This document shows, in pieces, positions 55,973 through 56,294 of a DNA stretch of 56,294 nt. The position numbers and the translations under genes were made by a program. Positions within the stretch are counted from its first letter, which is position 1. Each line of letters starts with the position of its first letter. This DNA is from a virus. Its lineage: Duplodnaviria > Caudoviricetes. Location: positions 1 through 56,294 of the IMG/VR virus record IMGVR_UViG_3300014903_000004; one strand, given 5' to 3'. The notes below the pieces were generated by a model that was not told where the DNA came from, made no database searches, and was given only the letters and a program-made list of their open reading frames with translations.

Positions 55973-56294
55973 TGCGAGTCAAAATAGTTTCAATGCCGCT
56001 TTTTCTTACCATGCCAAAAAAAGGTAAGCTCAAAGACTATCACATCAATCTCAACTATTACCGCAACTGGCATTTTCAAGAGAGCAGCAAGCTTAAGAAA
56101 AAGTACACCAGAATCGTTATTGCTTCTCTCGCTGGAGTAGATCCGTTCAAGAAAGTAAAGCTTGAATTCACAATGCACCGCGGCGACCTAAAGAAAGTTG
56201 ACCGGGCTAACGCACTGAGCATTCATGAGAAATTTTTCTGCGATGCTCTCACTAAATGCGGGATTATTGAAGATGATAACGATTGCTTTGTCGA
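55972..56294 (+). CDS. rusA: RusA-like Holliday junction resolvase (truncated by the window end)
   Basis: INLNYYRNWH...KVDRAN...EKFFCDAL...GIIEDDN. Confidence 0.8.
   Translation, partial: MRVKIVSMPLFLTMPKKGKLKDYHINLNYYRNWHFQESSKLKKKYTRIVIASLAGVDPFKKVKLEFTMHRGDLKKVDRANALSIHEKFFCDALTKCGIIEDDNDCFV

Overview
AT-rich, nearly complete genome of a tailed dsDNA phage (myovirus). It has an HK97-type head (terS, terL, portal, prohead protease, major capsid), a Mu-like contractile tail and baseplate on the minus strand, and replication (initiator, DnaB-like helicase), methyltransferase and recombination modules (RecE-like nuclease, SSB-like, RdgC, RusA-like) on the plus strand. Both ends fall inside genes. 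No integrase or endolysin was recognised. Main finding: two 7-gene tRNA arrays (14 tRNAs, 39952-41306, minus strand), each preceded by an unannotated MKK leader peptide and a terminator/antiterminator. The leader control codons are almost exactly those read by the tRNAs directly downstream (13/13 and 12/13). This looks like a ribosome-stalling attenuator that senses shortage of specific tRNAs and switches on phage replacements. Also notable: a D-armless, apparently pseudoknotted tRNA-Tyr, three promoter-proximal kissing-loop terminator modules, and two families of gene-cassette boundary repeats. All product calls come from motif recognition and synteny by eye; no database searches were run.
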